Source: Macrostomum hystrix (taxonomy: Eukaryota > Animalia > Platyhelminthes). Taken from it: a stretch of 64,000 bases of DNA. Shown piece by piece: positions 62,308-64,000 of the stretch. Within the stretch, counting starts at the first letter, position 1. The number at the start of each line of letters is the position of its first letter. The notes under the pieces are model-generated. The model worked only from the letters and a program-made list of their open reading frames with translations, did no database searches and had not been told where the DNA came from. The translations under genes were made by a program, and so were the position numbers. The stretch covers positions 3,162,001 to 3,226,000 of the forward strand of contig CATNEN010000002.1 in the NCBI GenBank assembly GCA_950097015.1, in the 5' to 3' direction.

Positions 62308-62494
62308 GCTCGACTTGGTTCTCCGCAATAGAACAATTCTTGTAGTTGTGTTCTCAGTTTTACCTTGTCACATTTCTCCTAGTAGCACTAATGAGCCATT
62401 TTTGAGCTCATTGTGGGATAAATTAACCGATAGGATTTTGAGCAATCAATGCTCAATGGTATTTTAAACTCAGCATAGTATCAAAAATCCAATG

Positions 62495-62760
62495 GGATTG
62501 TAGTCCAGTGGTTAGAGCCTCAGACTTACGACTGGAAGGTCGCGGGTTCGATTCGCATCGCCACAGAAAAAATTTGTGTCCTTTAGCAAGACACTTAACT
62601 CTGCATTGATTCAGTTCACCCAGCTGTTAAATGGGTGCCAGCATCAGCTGGGGTAATTGAGGGTGGGTGTAGCGTCCACCCAGTCCATGGACTGAACAGC
62701 CGTACGCAGCCTTCAATGCGCAATAGCTGCGGCTGTGCTGTCGGTTGCACCTTTGGCCCA
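62495..62760 (+). mobile_element. SINE family 1, best full-length copy (tRNA-Val-like head, CORE-like centre, palindromic tail)
   Basis: A box TAGTCCAGTGG, ctTACga loop, B box GGTTCGATTC, tgtgtcctttagcaagacacttaac...cagttcacccagctgttaaatggg, and the cagtccatggactg palindrome. Confidence 0.82.
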
Positions 62761-63264
62761 ACAATAGGATGTTGAGCTTATTTGCTGGTAGGATTTTCAT
62801 TGACTTGCACTCGCAATCTATTCGTGAGTTATAAATTTTGCCTTCGTGTTATCTAAATCAGTTTATTATTTGTTTTGCTAACTTCTTCTATAATTCAATT
62901 ACATTGCGGTTGTCTGTCACACTTCAATGTACTTTTCCTGCGCTGCTTCACATTCTGTTTCTTTAAATTGTGTTTTTCCGAGCCTGAAGAATGTCGTCAT
63001 TTCTACTTGCAGTAGTTTGCTTCGTTCCTTATCGTCTAACTTTAAAATGTTTCTTTTTCTACTGTTCAATCGGCCAAAACAGTCAGTTTGAAGTGCATGT
63101 CTAATTATAATAAAATCTGCGGAAATATGTACAATTGTTGTTCTTTTATCGATTCTCAGCTATCAGAAAAGTGAAATGTGGAATGTCGCGTAAGGAATTT
63201 TTTTTGAATAGTCGAGAAATTATTTGGCAACTTCTGTTTGAATTGAAAAAAGTCTCTCATACTA

Positions 63265-64000
63265 AATGAGAGATTTGAGTCCATCTCATGGTAAATTAAC
63301 ATAGATTTGAGTCCATCTCATGGTAAATTAACATAGATTTGAGTCCATCTCATGGTAAATTAACATAGATTTGAGTCCATCTCATGGTAAATGAATAGAG
63401 ATTTGAGTCCATCTCATGGTAAATTAACATAGATTTGAGTCCATCTCATGGTAAATGAATAGAGATTTGAGTCCATCTCATGGTAAATTAACAGAGATTT
63501 GAGTCCATCTCATGGTAAATTAACATAGATTTGAGTCCATCTCATGGTAAATGAATAGAGATTTGAGTCCATCTCATGGTAAATGAATAGAGATTTGAGT
63601 CCATCTCATGGTAAATTAACAGAGATTTGAGTCCATCTCATGGTTAATGAATAGAGATTTGAGTCCATCTAATGGTAAATTAACAGAGATTTGAGTCCAT
63701 CTCATGGTAAATGAATAGAGATTTGAGTCCATCTCATGGTAAATGAATAGAGATTTGAGTCCATCTCATGGTAAATGAATAGAGATTTGAGTCCATCTCA
63801 TGGTAAATGAACAGAGATTTGAGTCCATCTCATGGTAAATGAATAGAGATTTGAGTCCATCTCATGGTAAATGAATAGAGATTTGAGTCCATCTCATGGT
63901 AAATTAACAGAGATTTGAGTCCATCTCATGGTTAATGAATAGAGATTTGAGTCCATCTAATGGTAAATTAACAGAGATTTGAGTCCATCTCATGGTAAAT
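63265..64000. repeat. 32-nt minisatellite (agatttgagtccatctcatggtaaat[taac/gaat]a[t/g]), running off the window
   Basis: At least 23 units. Confidence 0.97.

Noticed and set aside
62495-62575. tRNA genes (also at about 30780, 33050, 43575 and 18950)
   Set aside because: A and B boxes are present, but acceptor and anticodon stems do not close and each continues into a shared SINE body.
4445-64000. Tandem arrays as CRISPR arrays
   Set aside because: Units are directly adjacent with no unique spacers, there are no cas genes, and the context is eukaryotic introns.

Overview
Eukaryotic (metazoan) genomic DNA: GC-rich spliced exons, AT-rich intergenic DNA, polyQ tracts, and introns packed with locus-specific minisatellites. 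This style is most consistent with a free-living flatworm such as Macrostomum (inference only, not verified). Reading splice sites by hand gives frame-consistent models for a MED15-like gene (running off the left edge) with two upstream KIX-only duplicates, TTC5, a Tyr/Pro/Gln/Gly-repeat orphan, an intronless DEG/ENaC channel with an atypical pore, DBT (BCKDH E2), an MPP2/6-like MAGUK, SAMD15, an unnamed 11-exon coiled-coil/C2-like gene, LRRC9 and GPAA1. Mobile DNA includes a near-intact DD34D mariner, a deleted mariner, a MULE-like MITE with a 9-bp TSD, Merlin-like transposase fragments, a Polinton/Maverick capsid fragment and two tRNA-derived SINE families. The most intriguing observations are (i) one 29-nt minisatellite present in opposite orientations in DBT introns 1 and 3, bracketing an in-frame 945-nt exon pair, and (ii) stand-alone KIX-domain copies of MED15. 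Family assignments come from recalled motif similarity; no database searches were run.
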